DNA of 64,000 bases, taken from Bacteroidales bacterium (GTDB lineage Bacteria > Bacteroidota > Bacteroidia > Bacteroidales > P3). The stretch covers positions 19,204 to 83,203 of the forward strand of contig JAISTG010000076.1 in assembly GCA_031272705.1 (NCBI GenBank). Reading direction: 5' to 3'. The notes below the pieces were generated by a model, which did not search any database, was not told where the DNA came from, and saw only the letters and a program-made list of their open reading frames with translations. Position numbers and translations under genes: made by a program. Below are positions 17,853 to 27,919 of the stretch, piece after piece (the stretch's first letter is position 1; each line of letters opens with the position of its first letter).

Positions 17853-19229
17853 TTATTGATATTTTCTCTTAAAGAACCATCTGTCCTTGGCAGATAGGGA
17901 TAAACCGATACGGAAGAAGTTTTCACGTATCAAATTATTGGCTGTTGTGCCTTTAATACCGTATTCAAATGACAGGTTTATAAGCGTTGAGGATTTTCTT
18001 ACAGGGAATCCCAATCCCAAAGCAACACTGTACTGTTTTATTCTTGTACCCTGTGTGCTTATTCGGTCGTTATCAAAACTCATATAGCCCTCGTCGTAAT
18101 TCAAACCGATACGATAGGTCATTTGAGCGAAGTAATTACCATATATATCAGGCGTTATCTCACTTCCAAATCCTATATTCCAACTGTCAAGTAAAGGATC
18201 AGCGGCATCTTCCGATTGAAGACGGAACTGAGACCATTGAGTAAATTGAGCATCCGCACCTATAAAAAATTTCTTTGGCTTTTCATAAGACAGACCTAAC
18301 CCAAAAGATTGCGGAAACGTTATTTTACCACTGTAAGACGAGTCCATAACTATATCTCTCGTTGATTCTACGCCGTTACTTGACACAAATGTATAAAACT
18401 GTCTTGTGTTGTTGGTATTCAAAGAAAGAGGCAGGACATACGAACCGCCAATTCCAAACCTGTCTCCATTATTAAAGGTATGAAAATACTGCAATCCGAT
18501 ATTGAAATTGAAACTTTTGATGTCGTAAATGACGCCATCGCGACTGTTATACAAAGAAGAATCAACCGTATAACGATGAATTGACGTATCGGTAGAGTTA
18601 AATAAAGTATCGGTATTGTCATTAAATATGAGTGCAGACCGCTTTGTGTATCGTCCAAAAAGATATTCAACATTCAAACCGAGCGAAAGATTGTCCTTTT
18701 GCTTGGAAAACGCAAAGTCATAAGCCGCACCGAGCAATACCTTGTTTAATCCTCCGTAACCGTCATACTGTTTGCGATAAAAGGTTGTGTCGCTTACCTG
18801 CACTACTTCCGAAGCTTCGTAATCTATATCCGACAAAGGAACTAATCCTGCTGCCATTTTAAGATGCGAAGTTACGGGAAAAGCAAACGCAATGTGCGAT
18901 AAAGCCCCCATCATACCGCTTACCTGTGTTTTGGAAGAAGACATGGTTAGGAAATCTGCGTGAAAGCCCACGTCAAATACAAAACTCATGGTATCAACTC
19001 CGCAATAGGAAGCAGGGTTCTTAAAATTCACGATGTTATTGCGTGATAAGGCATAACCTACTCCCCCAATAGATGACGAGAAGGCATTGGAAAAAACGTT
19101 TGTATTCCCAATTCCATAGCGCGAATAGGGCGAACTTAGTGCTTCCTGTGCCGTTGCAGTTTGCAATAAACCTGTAATAATCAGCAAAAAAGCCGTTACA
19201 CTTCTAATTATTTGTTTTTTTATTTTCAT
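17853..19229 (-). CDS. outer-membrane beta-barrel protein (putative porin), function unknown
   Basis: 458 aa with a signal peptide, an SPYSRYGIG N-terminal motif, alternating beta-strand pattern and an aromatic C-terminus region (FFRIGLSLSAKDRWFFKRKYQ). Confidence 0.5.
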   Translation of the reverse strand: MKIKKQIIRSVTAFLLIITGLLQTATAQEALSSPYSRYGIGNTNVFSNAFSSSIGGVGYALSRNNIVNFKNPASYCGVDTMSFVFDVGFHADFLTMSSSKTQVSGMMGALSHIAFAFPVTSHLKMAAGLVPLSDIDYEASEVVQVSDTTFYRKQYDGYGGLNKVLLGAAYDFAFSKQKDNLSLGLNVEYLFGRYTKRSALIFNDNTDTLFNSTDTSIHRYTVDSSLYNSRDGVIYDIKSFNFNIGLQYFHTFNNGDRFGIGGSYVLPLSLNTNNTRQFYTFVSSNGVESTRDIVMDSSYSGKITFPQSFGLGLSYEKPKKFFIGADAQFTQWSQFRLQSEDAADPLLDSWNIGFGSEITPDIYGNYFAQMTYRIGLNYDEGYMSFDNDRISTQGTRIKQYSVALGLGFPVRKSSTLINLSFEYGIKGTTANNLIRENFFRIGLSLSAKDRWFFKRKYQ

Positions 19230-19944
19230 TCAATAATATATTGTTTAAGCCAAAGAGGACTAAATTAGTCTCCAATGTGTGTTTTACCTTTATACTTTTT
19301 GATATAAATTCCGCATCTCCTCCACTCAACACCACATTAAGCGGTTCAAACTTATCCATATATCGTTTAATCATTCCCTCTACCTCTTCCAATGTGCCGT
19401 TGATAACTCCCGACAGAATAGATTCCTCTGTTGTTGTACCGATAAGTGCGGAAAAATGTACCACATTTATTAACGGCAAATTTGCAGTAAAATTATGTAA
19501 GGCTGAAAATTTCATTCGCAATCCGCAGGAAATACTTCCGCCAAGATAGTCTCCCAATGCCGTAATGGCATCAAAAGTTATACACGAACCGCAATCAACA
19601 ACCAATGTATTCATATTGTGATACAGGGCATTAGCACCAACCATGGCAGCCATCCTGTCCTGTCCCAGAGTTTCCTTGCTGCGATATAAAACATTGATAC
19701 CTGTTTTCCATTTCTCACTCTCAACAAAATGATACTCGGATTTAAGAAAAGAAATTAGAACATCGGCATTTGCATCCTTCATAACAGAGCAATAAACAGC
19801 ATTTTTTATCATAGGAAAACGCTCTTTCAGTTGTTGCAAAGCAGCAAGCGAAAGTCTGTCGTACCTTTCACAAAAAATCATATCGGTATTGCTGAAAACA
19901 GCCACCTTATCCTTTGTATTTCCTCTGTCTATGACTAAATTCAT
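19204..19944 (-). CDS. coaX: type III pantothenate kinase
   Basis: ORF trimmed to MNLVIDRGNT (the DxGNT motif of CoaX), downstream of a TAccTTTG box. GxDR motif (GQDRMAAMVGA) present. Confidence 0.85.
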   Translation of the reverse strand: MNLVIDRGNTKDKVAVFSNTDMIFCERYDRLSLAALQQLKERFPMIKNAVYCSVMKDANADVLISFLKSEYHFVESEKWKTGINVLYRSKETLGQDRMAAMVGANALYHNMNTLVVDCGSCITFDAITALGDYLGGSISCGLRMKFSALHNFTANLPLINVVHFSALIGTTTEESILSGVINGTLEEVEGMIKRYMDKFEPLNVVLSGGDAEFISKSIKVKHTLETNLVLFGLNNILLNENKKTNN

Positions 19945-19972
19945 TATCTCTTTCTCTTGTTTTAAGAGGGTG

Positions 19973-19980
19973 CAAAGGTA
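19973..19980 (-). promoter_or_regulatory. -7 promoter box TAccTTTG
   Basis: Lies 29 nt upstream of the coaX ATG at 19944 and inside the ORF-track extension. Confidence 0.55.
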
Positions 19981-20090
19981 CAAAAGTTTATTCAATTACC
20001 ATAACTATTGACCAAAATTAAGTCTAAATGTATAAAAAAAGAGTTTTATCACACTGAAAACAACTATTGATTATCAGCAAGTTTGCTTTT

Positions 20091-20196
20091 GTGTTTCTGA
20101 AATCAAATTACAGCGTGCTATAATCAAATTACAGAATTTTATAATCAAATTACAGCGTGCTGTAATTTGATTATAAAATTCTGTAATTTGATTTCA
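20091..20196. repeat. 21-bp-phased AAT-CAA-ATT module array, locus C (5 modules; 72-bp near-perfect palindrome)
   Basis: Cores at 20101(+), 20122(+), 20143(+), 20164(-) and 20185(-). 20122-20155 is the exact reverse complement of 20160-20193, with a 4-nt centre CGTG. Confidence 0.95.
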
Positions 20197-20280
20197 GGAA
20201 ATCCTAATGAGCAATCCTCCCAAATGAAAAGAAATAACACTAAATTATTATGTCCATTTGCTCATATCAATTTTTTTTTC

Positions 20281-20288
20281 TACTTTTG
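20281..20288 (+). promoter_or_regulatory. -7 promoter box TActTTTG
   Basis: Lies 38 nt upstream of the iorA ATG. Confidence 0.5.
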
Positions 20289-20325
20289 CATTTCAATTAA
20301 CTAAGTAATTTTAACTTTAAGAAAT

Positions 20326-21933
20326 ATGGATAAACTTTTATTATTAGGAGACGAAGCCATTGCACAAGCAGCCATAGATGCGGGTTTGTCGGGCGTTTTT
20401 GCCTATCCGGGCACTCCTTCAACCGAAATAACAGAATATATACAGGACTCCAAAGAAGCCAAAGCAAAAGGTATCCGTTCCAACTGGGCTTGCAACGAAA
20501 AGACAGCAATGGAAGCGGCGTTGGGAATGAGTTATGCGGGCAAGCGAGCAATGTTTTGCTGCAAGCATGTGGGCATTAACGTGGCGGCAGATCCCTTTTT
20601 GAATTCCGCAATCACGGGTGCAAACGGCGGATTGATTTATGTAGCAGCCGATGATCCCTCTATGCACTCCTCACAGGACGAACAGGACTCACGTTTCTAC
20701 GGAGACTTTGCCTTCATGCCAACATTGGAGCCAAGCAATCAGCAGGAAGCATACGATATGGTGCTGTATGGCTTTGAGTTAAGCGAAAAATACGGCGTTC
20801 CCGTACTGATGCGTATCACTACACGTATGGCTCACTCCCGTGCAGCAGTGGTTCGCAAGGGTGAAAAGGCTCAAAATAATCTCAAAATACCGGATAATCA
20901 AAACCAATTCATATTACTGCCCGTTAATGCACGCAGACAGTACAAGGAATTGCTGGCTAAACAGCCTGATTTGATGAAAGCGGGCGTTGAAAGCGGCTTC
21001 AATAAATATATGGAAGGCGAAGACAAGTCTATGGGAATCATTGCCTGCGGTATTTCCTACAATTATTTGATGGAAAACTTTGTTTCGGGACAATGTAACT
21101 ATCCCGTATTGAAACTTTGTCAATATCCTGCTCCCGAAATCCTGATAGAAAAGATGTACGATGAATGTAACAGCATACTTGTTCTTGAAGAGGGACAGCC
21201 ACTTCTTGAACAGAAATTACGCGGACTACTCAACAAAGGCAAGCAAATAAAGGGACGTCTTGACGGAACTTTGGAACGCACCGGTGAATTGAACCCTAAT
21301 ATGGTTGGAAAGGCATTGGGCTTACATATAACTGAGGGCTTGTCCGTTCCATCTTTTGTTGCTCCACGTCCTCCAAAGTTATGCGACGGTTGTCCGCACA
21401 TTGATTCTTTCCTTGCTTTGAATGAGGCGATTGAACCTTATGGAAAGGGTCGCGTTTTCAGTGATATAGGCTGTTATACGCTTGCTGCACTGCCTCCTTA
21501 TAACGCTATATACTCCACAGTTGATATGGGAGCATCAATAACAATGGCTAAGGGTGCGGCGGAAGCAGGTTTAATGCCATCCGTAGCAGTCATTGGCGAC
21601 TCCACATTTACACACAGCGGTATGACAGGCTTGTTAGACTGTTGCGTAGATAACATTCCAATCACCATAATAATACTTGACAACGACATAACGGGAATGA
21701 CAGGTTCTCAAAAGTCATCTGCAACAGGTAGAATTGAGTCTATCTGCAAGGGAATAGGCGTTGATGAGGCTCATATAAGGGTTTTCAATCCGTTAAAAAA
21801 GTTCCATGCCGACAATGTAAAGATTATACAGGAGGAATTGGCATATCAGGGCGTTTCCGTAATCATTCCAAGAAGAGAATGTTTGGTTTGGTTGAAGAAA
21901 AAACTTAATGCCGCACGCCAAAACAAACAATAG
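20326..21933 (+). CDS. iorA: indolepyruvate ferredoxin oxidoreductase alpha subunit
   Basis: 535 aa. LLLGDEAIAQAAIDAGLSGVFAYPGTPSTEI N-terminus, LCDGCPH cluster region and TPP-binding GDSTFTHSGMTGLLD. Confidence 0.85.
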   Translation: MDKLLLLGDEAIAQAAIDAGLSGVFAYPGTPSTEITEYIQDSKEAKAKGIRSNWACNEKTAMEAALGMSYAGKRAMFCCKHVGINVAADPFLNSAITGANGGLIYVAADDPSMHSSQDEQDSRFYGDFAFMPTLEPSNQQEAYDMVLYGFELSEKYGVPVLMRITTRMAHSRAAVVRKGEKAQNNLKIPDNQNQFILLPVNARRQYKELLAKQPDLMKAGVESGFNKYMEGEDKSMGIIACGISYNYLMENFVSGQCNYPVLKLCQYPAPEILIEKMYDECNSILVLEEGQPLLEQKLRGLLNKGKQIKGRLDGTLERTGELNPNMVGKALGLHITEGLSVPSFVAPRPPKLCDGCPHIDSFLALNEAIEPYGKGRVFSDIGCYTLAALPPYNAIYSTVDMGASITMAKGAAEAGLMPSVAVIGDSTFTHSGMTGLLDCCVDNIPITIIILDNDITGMTGSQKSSATGRIESICKGIGVDEAHIRVFNPLKKFHADNVKIIQEELAYQGVSVIIPRRECLVWLKKKLNAARQNKQ

Positions 21934-21939
21934 GATGCA

Positions 21940-22371
21940 ATGAAAACTGTTTTAAATTGTATTCTTGTTGCTTTCTGTGCAAACGTAATGACATCCTGCG
22001 GCAACGATAATGAACTTGTAGGTACGCAGTGGTACGCAAAAGTAGTCCAGATTTACCCTTACGGAGACTCAACAAAGGTTTATACCTATTTAGATGAGTT
22101 TAACTTCACTTCGGAATCGGATTATACTTATTCGTGGCAGGAAAAGGTAGAATTGTATAAGGCGGATACACTTGTAAATGAACAGAACAACGCCGCACAA
22201 TACTATTCCGACACCTATACTTTCAACGATGACGAAGGGAAAATGCAGATGTATGGCAATGAATACAACTTTTCGGTTACCGATAATGTTCTTTTATTTA
22301 AGCAGGGTAATACTATAATTCGTTTTGGTAAAGGAAGCGTGATGCGGAATGATACAATGTATATGTATTAA
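21940..22371 (+). CDS. small lipoprotein, function unknown
   Basis: 143 aa. MKTVLNCILVAFCANVMTSC gives a signal peptide plus lipobox. Occupies the position where iorB is usually found. Confidence 0.55.
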   Translation: MKTVLNCILVAFCANVMTSCGNDNELVGTQWYAKVVQIYPYGDSTKVYTYLDEFNFTSESDYTYSWQEKVELYKADTLVNEQNNAAQYYSDTYTFNDDEGKMQMYGNEYNFSVTDNVLLFKQGNTIIRFGKGSVMRNDTMYMY

Positions 22372-23193
22372 TTAGTATTGTTCTTTTTCATTAGGAAAAT
22401 CGCAGGTTTTAACGTCAGATACGTAACTTAAAACCGCATTCTTGATTTCTTGTCCCAAAGAAAGATACCGCCGAAGGAAACGAGGAGAAAATTCTTCGTT
22501 TATTCCCAGCATATCATGGCACACAAGAACCTGCCCATCAACATATTTCCCTGCACCAATACCTATTACCGGAATGGTTAATTCCTCAGCCATTCTCTTA
22601 GCCAGCAGAGCCGGAACTTTCTCCAGCACTATCGCAAAACAGCCTGCGTCTTCCAGAATGTGGGCATCCTGTAAGAGAGTCTTTGCTTCGTCTTCTTCGG
22701 TTGCTCTTACTACGTAAGTACCAAACTTGTTAATACTTTGCGGCGTCAAACCTAAATGTCCCATCACCGGAATCCCCGCCGACAGTATGCGAGCAACGGA
22801 TTCGGCAACCTGTTTGCCCCCTTCCAACTTCACAGCGTGAGCAGAAGTTTCCTTCATTATGCGAATAGCGGAACAAAGTGCCTCCTTGCTGTTTCCCTGA
22901 TACGTTCCAAAGGGTAAATCCACAACTACCAAAGCACGCTTCACTCCTCTAACAACCGAAGAAGCGTGATATATCATTTCGTTAAGGGTTATTGGTAACG
23001 TAGTAGGATAACCAGCCATAACATTTGCAGCAGAATCTCCAACCAGAATAATATCTACGGCTGCCGCATCAATCAATTTAGCCATTGAATAGTCGTAAGC
23101 GGTAAGCATTGCTATCTTTTCGCCACGTTCAGCCATTTCTTTGATACGTTGAACAGTAACTATACGGCGATCTTCTGCTTTATAACTTGACAT
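22372..23193 (-). CDS. panB: 3-methyl-2-oxobutanoate hydroxymethyltransferase
   Basis: 273 aa. [16 protein letters not shown]...[14 protein letters not shown] and the KLEGG motif. Confidence 0.9.
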   Translation of the reverse strand: MSSYKAEDRRIVTVQRIKEMAERGEKIAMLTAYDYSMAKLIDAAAVDIILVGDSAANVMAGYPTTLPITLNEMIYHASSVVRGVKRALVVVDLPFGTYQGNSKEALCSAIRIMKETSAHAVKLEGGKQVAESVARILSAGIPVMGHLGLTPQSINKFGTYVVRATEEDEAKTLLQDAHILEDAGCFAIVLEKVPALLAKRMAEELTIPVIGIGAGKYVDGQVLVCHDMLGINEEFSPRFLRRYLSLGQEIKNAVLSYVSDVKTCDFPNEKEQY

Positions 23194-23240
23194 AATTTTT
23201 GTTTTAGGTTTATATTTAAGTGTAATAATATGTTAAAACA

Positions 23241-23822
23241 TCATTTTGATATATTTTCTATTCCTTTCTCTACATCAAAAACGGTCTTTCGTTCAAATCC
23301 AAAAAGATTTGCAATTACGTTAGCAGGAAAACGGCTTATGGAAACGTTGAAATCGCCTGTTACATCCGCATAACACTGACGTTCAACAGCAATTTGGTTC
23401 TCCATATCCTTCAACTGTGATTGCAATACCAGTAAATCATTATTTGTTTTCAGTTCCGAATGACGTTCCGACACGGTATTGAGTTGCTGTAATGCCAAAG
23501 AAAGATTATTTTGCACTATTTGCAATTCGTTAATACTTGTTTGAGTGATATTATTAGGGCTTATTTTCACCTGCAATGCCTGATTTACTGCTCTGGTTGC
23601 CCGTGTTAATGTTTCCTGTTCGTGAGATGCGTAATCCTTAACCTTATTTACATATTTCAAAGCAAGGTCTGCACGCTGCTTATAGCGGCTTTCAACCGCC
23701 GACCACTGCTTTTTGCAAGTTTCATCTTTCATTACAAGTTCGTTATAACCTGATACGGACAGCAGAACAAGCAGTAAAATGACTCCGACTACAAGTATTA
23801 TGCTTATTGTTTTTCGTGTCAT
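23241..23822 (-). CDS. lemA: LemA family protein
   Basis: 193 aa. N-terminal TM helix followed by YNELV...W..VES.YKQRADL, characteristic of LemA. Confidence 0.8.
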   Translation of the reverse strand: MTRKTISIILVVGVILLLVLLSVSGYNELVMKDETCKKQWSAVESRYKQRADLALKYVNKVKDYASHEQETLTRATRAVNQALQVKISPNNITQTSINELQIVQNNLSLALQQLNTVSERHSELKTNNDLLVLQSQLKDMENQIAVERQCYADVTGDFNVSISRFPANVIANLFGFERKTVFDVEKGIENISK

Positions 23823-23860
23823 AGTTCCTTTTCTTTATTATATTTTGGTTTAATAACGCT

Positions 23861-24841
23861 TTACTTGCTTATAATCTTCATTAGTTCATCTACCTTTGGC
23901 GAAAGAATTATTTCAGTTCGTCTGTTACGGGCGCGGTTTTCGGTTGTACGGTTATCCATCAAAGGCATAAACTCTCCACGTCCAGCAGGAATGATACGTT
24001 CAGGCGATATACGTTTGTCTTCCAGCAATATCCGCGTAACGGAAGTAGCCCTCATCACCGATAAATCCCAGTTATCTTTCACCAAACTCTTACCCTTGAA
24101 CGGCACATTGTCGGTATGACCCTCCACAAGCACACTTATATCCGGATTATTTGCAAGAACGTTGGCTATTTCCTTTAATGCAGCCGCTCCTTCGCTGTTT
24201 ATCTCCCAACTACCTGACGGGAATAGCAGTTTCTCTTCCAAAGATACATACACCTTACCGTCTTTGGTCACAACGCTTAAACCTTTGTCGGTAAAGCCAA
24301 GCAGGGCTGAGGATATTTTTTGTTCAATTGCCTCCAACTCATCTTCTTTTGCCTGCAGGCTTTGCTGCAAAGATTGAAGCATACGCTCATTTGCCACAAA
24401 TTTTTCCTGCATTGTGCTTAATTCTTTATCCTTTGCGTCTAATTCTTCCGTTTTTTTGTTCAGTGCTTCGCGAGAAGAATTTAACTCATCATTCATTCGT
24501 TTCAGGTCAGTCCCCTTTGCCGACACTGCTTCATTCAATCGCTTGTTGGCATCTTCAATTTGGGACTTCAGTTCTTCATTATACTTTTTCAGTTGCAGGT
24601 TTTCGCTGTACCTTTCCCTTGATTCTGCTTCTATTATTTGCGTTTTTTCCATCATTCCCGCTATTTGTGCCGACAGATTGCCGGTTTCTTCATTGAAAGC
24701 GTTCCTTTCGGCAAGGCAAGTTTGGAGTTGTTGCGATGTTTTGTTGTATCGGCTTTCCAAATCAGCGTATTTTTGTTTTGATACGCAGGAAACAAACAAC
24801 AAAAGGCTGAATGACAATAATATAAATGCTGTTTTTTTCAT
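23861..24841 (-). CDS. OmpA/MotB-domain lipoprotein with long coiled coil
   Basis: Lipobox LLFVSC, about 170 aa of heptad-rich coiled coil, and a C-terminal OmpA-like domain (VEGHTDNVP...NWDLSVMRATSV...NRRTEIIL). Confidence 0.8.
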   Translation of the reverse strand: MKKTAFILLSFSLLLFVSCVSKQKYADLESRYNKTSQQLQTCLAERNAFNEETGNLSAQIAGMMEKTQIIEAESRERYSENLQLKKYNEELKSQIEDANKRLNEAVSAKGTDLKRMNDELNSSREALNKKTEELDAKDKELSTMQEKFVANERMLQSLQQSLQAKEDELEAIEQKISSALLGFTDKGLSVVTKDGKVYVSLEEKLLFPSGSWEINSEGAAALKEIANVLANNPDISVLVEGHTDNVPFKGKSLVKDNWDLSVMRATSVTRILLEDKRISPERIIPAGRGEFMPLMDNRTTENRARNRRTEIILSPKVDELMKIISK

Positions 24842-24941
24842 ACTCTTAATCGTTTTACGACGGCAAAAGTAAATATAATTTTTTTAATATGGGCATTTTG
24901 TGGCCTTTTTTTATCGTTTGCGCTTCACACAACGCCATTTT

Positions 24942-25117
24942 CGTTTCCGGAACCTTTATTTTGGCGTAGCCAAATCTAATTACGATTCTCCATAATCAAA
25001 TAATATTTCTCTAAAATCAAGTTTCATTCATCTATAATCAAATAATAGACAAATATAATCTAATTATAGAACAATAGAATTAGATTTGGCTACGTCGAGT
25101 TAAAAGTTCGGAAAAGT
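24942..25117. mobile_element. MITE-like element: locus D array (6 modules) bounded by ~38-bp imperfect terminal inverted repeats
   Basis: The left end CGTTTCCGGAACCTTTATTTTGGCGTAGCCAAATCTAATT matches the reverse complement of the right end CTTTTCCGAACTTTTAACTCGACGTAGCCAAATCTAATT. Cores at 24973+21n (n=0-5), variants AATCTAATT/AATCAAATA/AATCAAGTT. No coding capacity. Confidence 0.7.
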
Positions 25118-25133
25118 ATATCCGGATTCTGCT

Positions 25134-27899
25134 TTAACGGAATATAATTAACTTTTGCGAAACGCTTAATTCATCACTCACAAGTTTGAGGTTGTATGTG
25201 CCGAAAGGGTAATTACGAAGGTCAAGAGTAAGTTCTGTTTGATTGGCTTTTAACTTTATGGCTTCATACTGCTGTCCCTGCATATTGGAAATTAACAACA
25301 TAGCATCTTTTGTCAAACCCGATATTTCCACAACGGCACTTTCTCTGCTTGGATTGGGCGAAATCCGTAAGCCAATGCTCATTGGAGAAATATCCATCAG
25401 GGAATTGTAAGCCCATGATTTAATTTCACCATAACTTATGGTGTCATCGTAACTTTGTATGTACGCTCTGCATTTATAATTATTAATTCCGTTAACACGA
25501 TTCACGGTTGTGTTAAAATGAACTGTGCTTGACGTGAATTGAACAGGCATCATAATTGGGTTATTTTCACCAATAGTAACCTCAAAACCAAGTTCTGTTG
25601 CCGCAGGATTTCCCATTTGAACCACCGTTCCATACAACGTGGCTGCATTTTCTGATATTACAACCGAGTCTGTTAATACTGACGCAATTACAGGAGATAA
25701 TGTAGAAAGGGAATAAGGATTTCCAAATACAGTATCGCTTCCCGTTACAGCGAAAGCCCAAAAAGTATAGGTGAATGCAGGGCGAAGATTTGATATATCT
25801 GCGGTTATGTTTGTTGTTCCGTTGCCTTGAAAATATAAATAGGTTAAGGAAAATGGGTCATACAGGCTAAAACCGCGTGCGATTATCGGTTCGCTGCCCT
25901 GAATGACTGTTCCGTTCAACGTAGCAGAGGTTGGAGTGATGTTAGTTGCGTCATTGGTCGTTACCGAAGGCGGTGTTTCAGTCGTAATTTGCTGTATGCC
26001 TGCTAAGGCATTGAGTTTTCCGTAACCCCAAATGAAGACCGGCGGATAAGTACCTGTATAAGAGTCTATTATAGCCGTATTTTGCATAACGTTTATCACT
26101 TGTGCAGGGGTCAAAGAAGGGTTTTTCTGTAACCAAAGAGCAATAACGCCCGCTGCAAACGGACTCGACATTGACGTACCTGAGGCTACACCGTAGTACC
26201 AAGTCGTTGCGTTATGCGTTTGTGAAGCCACGATTGTCGCACTTGAGGTAGGGTTAGCCACGTTGTCTGAATAGTTGCTGTAGGAAGAAACCAATGCATG
26301 ACCGGGAGCGGCAATCGTTGGTTTTACTCTGCCGTCTGAGGTTGGTCCTTTGCTGGAAAAGTCTGCTATATCTCCAACATTATCACTCCAATAGCCATAA
26401 TTAGAGCCGCCAAGCGTTATCCAGTTATTTTTAGATGTCCATGCACCGACCGCAATCGTGTTATAACCTGTTGCAAGGCAGTTAATAGTCTGGTCGGTTG
26501 AGCCTGAGGTGAAGGTAGAATTAGGTACTGAGGTATCTAATGAAAAGTCCGTACACCATATACTTGTATTTGTTCCTTCCGTAGCGCTGCTTCGCACCCT
26601 TATAACTACTTTTACATTAGATGAAAGATTGACAGAACTTAACATAATTAAAGCATTAGGTTTGTAATTGTAGTTATCAGCACTTTCGGCGTAAATTTGA
26701 ACATCGCAGGTATTGCTTCCTGATGAAACGGAATTTGAATAAGAGGAACTGTTTGATGTTTGTGTGAAAGTGGTTGTTGCGATGTATGTATTGGTTGCTG
26801 TGTTATAGAGAGCCACTGCTACGGAAAAATGATTGAAATTACTGCCCCAAACATACGCATAGCCATCATCAAAATCCGTATCTATGTTACAGATTACGTT
26901 CATTGTATCTACGCCTGTTTGTGTTTTGGTTGCAAACAGGGGATTGTTGCCTTCGTTACCCGCACTTATCACAGGAATAACGCCGGATGAAGCAATGTTA
27001 TCCATAAACTGCTCAAAACTGCTCGTACCATCATTAGGTCCTCTGTTACTTCCAAGACTCATATTGATAACACAAGGTTTGCTTTGACTTAAAGCGTAAT
27101 TTTTGATATACGAAGCCCCGTTTGCAATGCCTGTAGAAGTCATATTGGTTGATACAAAGACCAAATCGGACTCCGGAGCAACGCCTCGCAGACTTGCATT
27201 ATTAACTCCACCTGAGCCTCCTGCAATTCCTGCAACGTGAGTAGCATGATTGCCGTTTGTATGGTCGTGCTGACGATTAAGGATGGCTGTTTGCGAGGTG
27301 TATTCCGCACCAATACTATAACCGGACGGAGGAGTACCACTGCCGTTTTGCTCCCATACACGCTTTACTCTGTAATTTGTGTGAGTGTTATCATAAAAGG
27401 TCGGATGGGTATAGTCAAAGCCATTGTCAATAATACCAACTATTACACCGGTTCCTTTATATGCCTGACTCAAACCCGCACCTGAATGCACCTGTTCAAC
27501 GTTAGATTTTGCGCGAGCAGAGTCTAAAAAAAGTTTTACAGGCTCCGAAGCATCTATGTAATAAACTCCTTCAACGCTTTTAACGTTTTCAATCTGCGAA
27601 ATAGGGATTAGACAAGTCCAAATCTTTCCTGCATGAGCGTTTAATTTCACTCCTAAATTTTCTAATGCCTTTGAGTCAAAGGTTTCGCTTGTTTGCATAA
27701 AACAATTCGCGTATACGATATTGTCCTGTAAGGAAAGAGCGAATTTATTTACGAAAGCCGAATCGTTTATCGGTTTTCCGTCTCGTTGTAACTGCTCTGT
27801 CTGATGCACAATGGCACGAGTATAAGGTGAAAGTTTTGCTTGCTGTGCATAAACTGCATTAAGAGCAATTAGCAATGTGATAAAAACAATTTTTTTCAT
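25134..27899 (-). CDS. S8 (subtilisin) family serine peptidase with T9SS C-terminal sorting domain
   Basis: Catalytic triad contexts IIDNGFDYTHP (D), HATHVAGIAGG (H) and GTSMSSPFAAGV (S). Has a signal peptide and a C-terminal ~80 aa (ISPNPSRESAVVEISGL...YNLKLVSDELSVSQKLIIFR) typical of type A T9SS CTDs. Confidence 0.85.
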   Translation of the reverse strand: MKKIVFITLLIALNAVYAQQAKLSPYTRAIVHQTEQLQRDGKPINDSAFVNKFALSLQDNIVYANCFMQTSETFDSKALENLGVKLNAHAGKIWTCLIPISQIENVKSVEGVYYIDASEPVKLFLDSARAKSNVEQVHSGAGLSQAYKGTGVIVGIIDNGFDYTHPTFYDNTHTNYRVKRVWEQNGSGTPPSGYSIGAEYTSQTAILNRQHDHTNGNHATHVAGIAGGSGGVNNASLRGVAPESDLVFVSTNMTSTGIANGASYIKNYALSQSKPCVINMSLGSNRGPNDGTSSFEQFMDNIASSGVIPVISAGNEGNNPLFATKTQTGVDTMNVICNIDTDFDDGYAYVWGSNFNHFSVAVALYNTATNTYIATTTFTQTSNSSSYSNSVSSGSNTCDVQIYAESADNYNYKPNALIMLSSVNLSSNVKVVIRVRSSATEGTNTSIWCTDFSLDTSVPNSTFTSGSTDQTINCLATGYNTIAVGAWTSKNNWITLGGSNYGYWSDNVGDIADFSSKGPTSDGRVKPTIAAPGHALVSSYSNYSDNVANPTSSATIVASQTHNATTWYYGVASGTSMSSPFAAGVIALWLQKNPSLTPAQVINVMQNTAIIDSYTGTYPPVFIWGYGKLNALAGIQQITTETPPSVTTNDATNITPTSATLNGTVIQGSEPIIARGFSLYDPFSLTYLYFQGNGTTNITADISNLRPAFTYTFWAFAVTGSDTVFGNPYSLSTLSPVIASVLTDSVVISENAATLYGTVVQMGNPAATELGFEVTIGENNPIMMPVQFTSSTVHFNTTVNRVNGINNYKCRAYIQSYDDTISYGEIKSWAYNSLMDISPMSIGLRISPNPSRESAVVEISGLTKDAMLLISNMQGQQYEAIKLKANQTELTLDLRNYPFGTYNLKLVSDELSVSQKLIIFR

Positions 27900-27919
27900 T
27901 TACTTTATATTATTATTGA

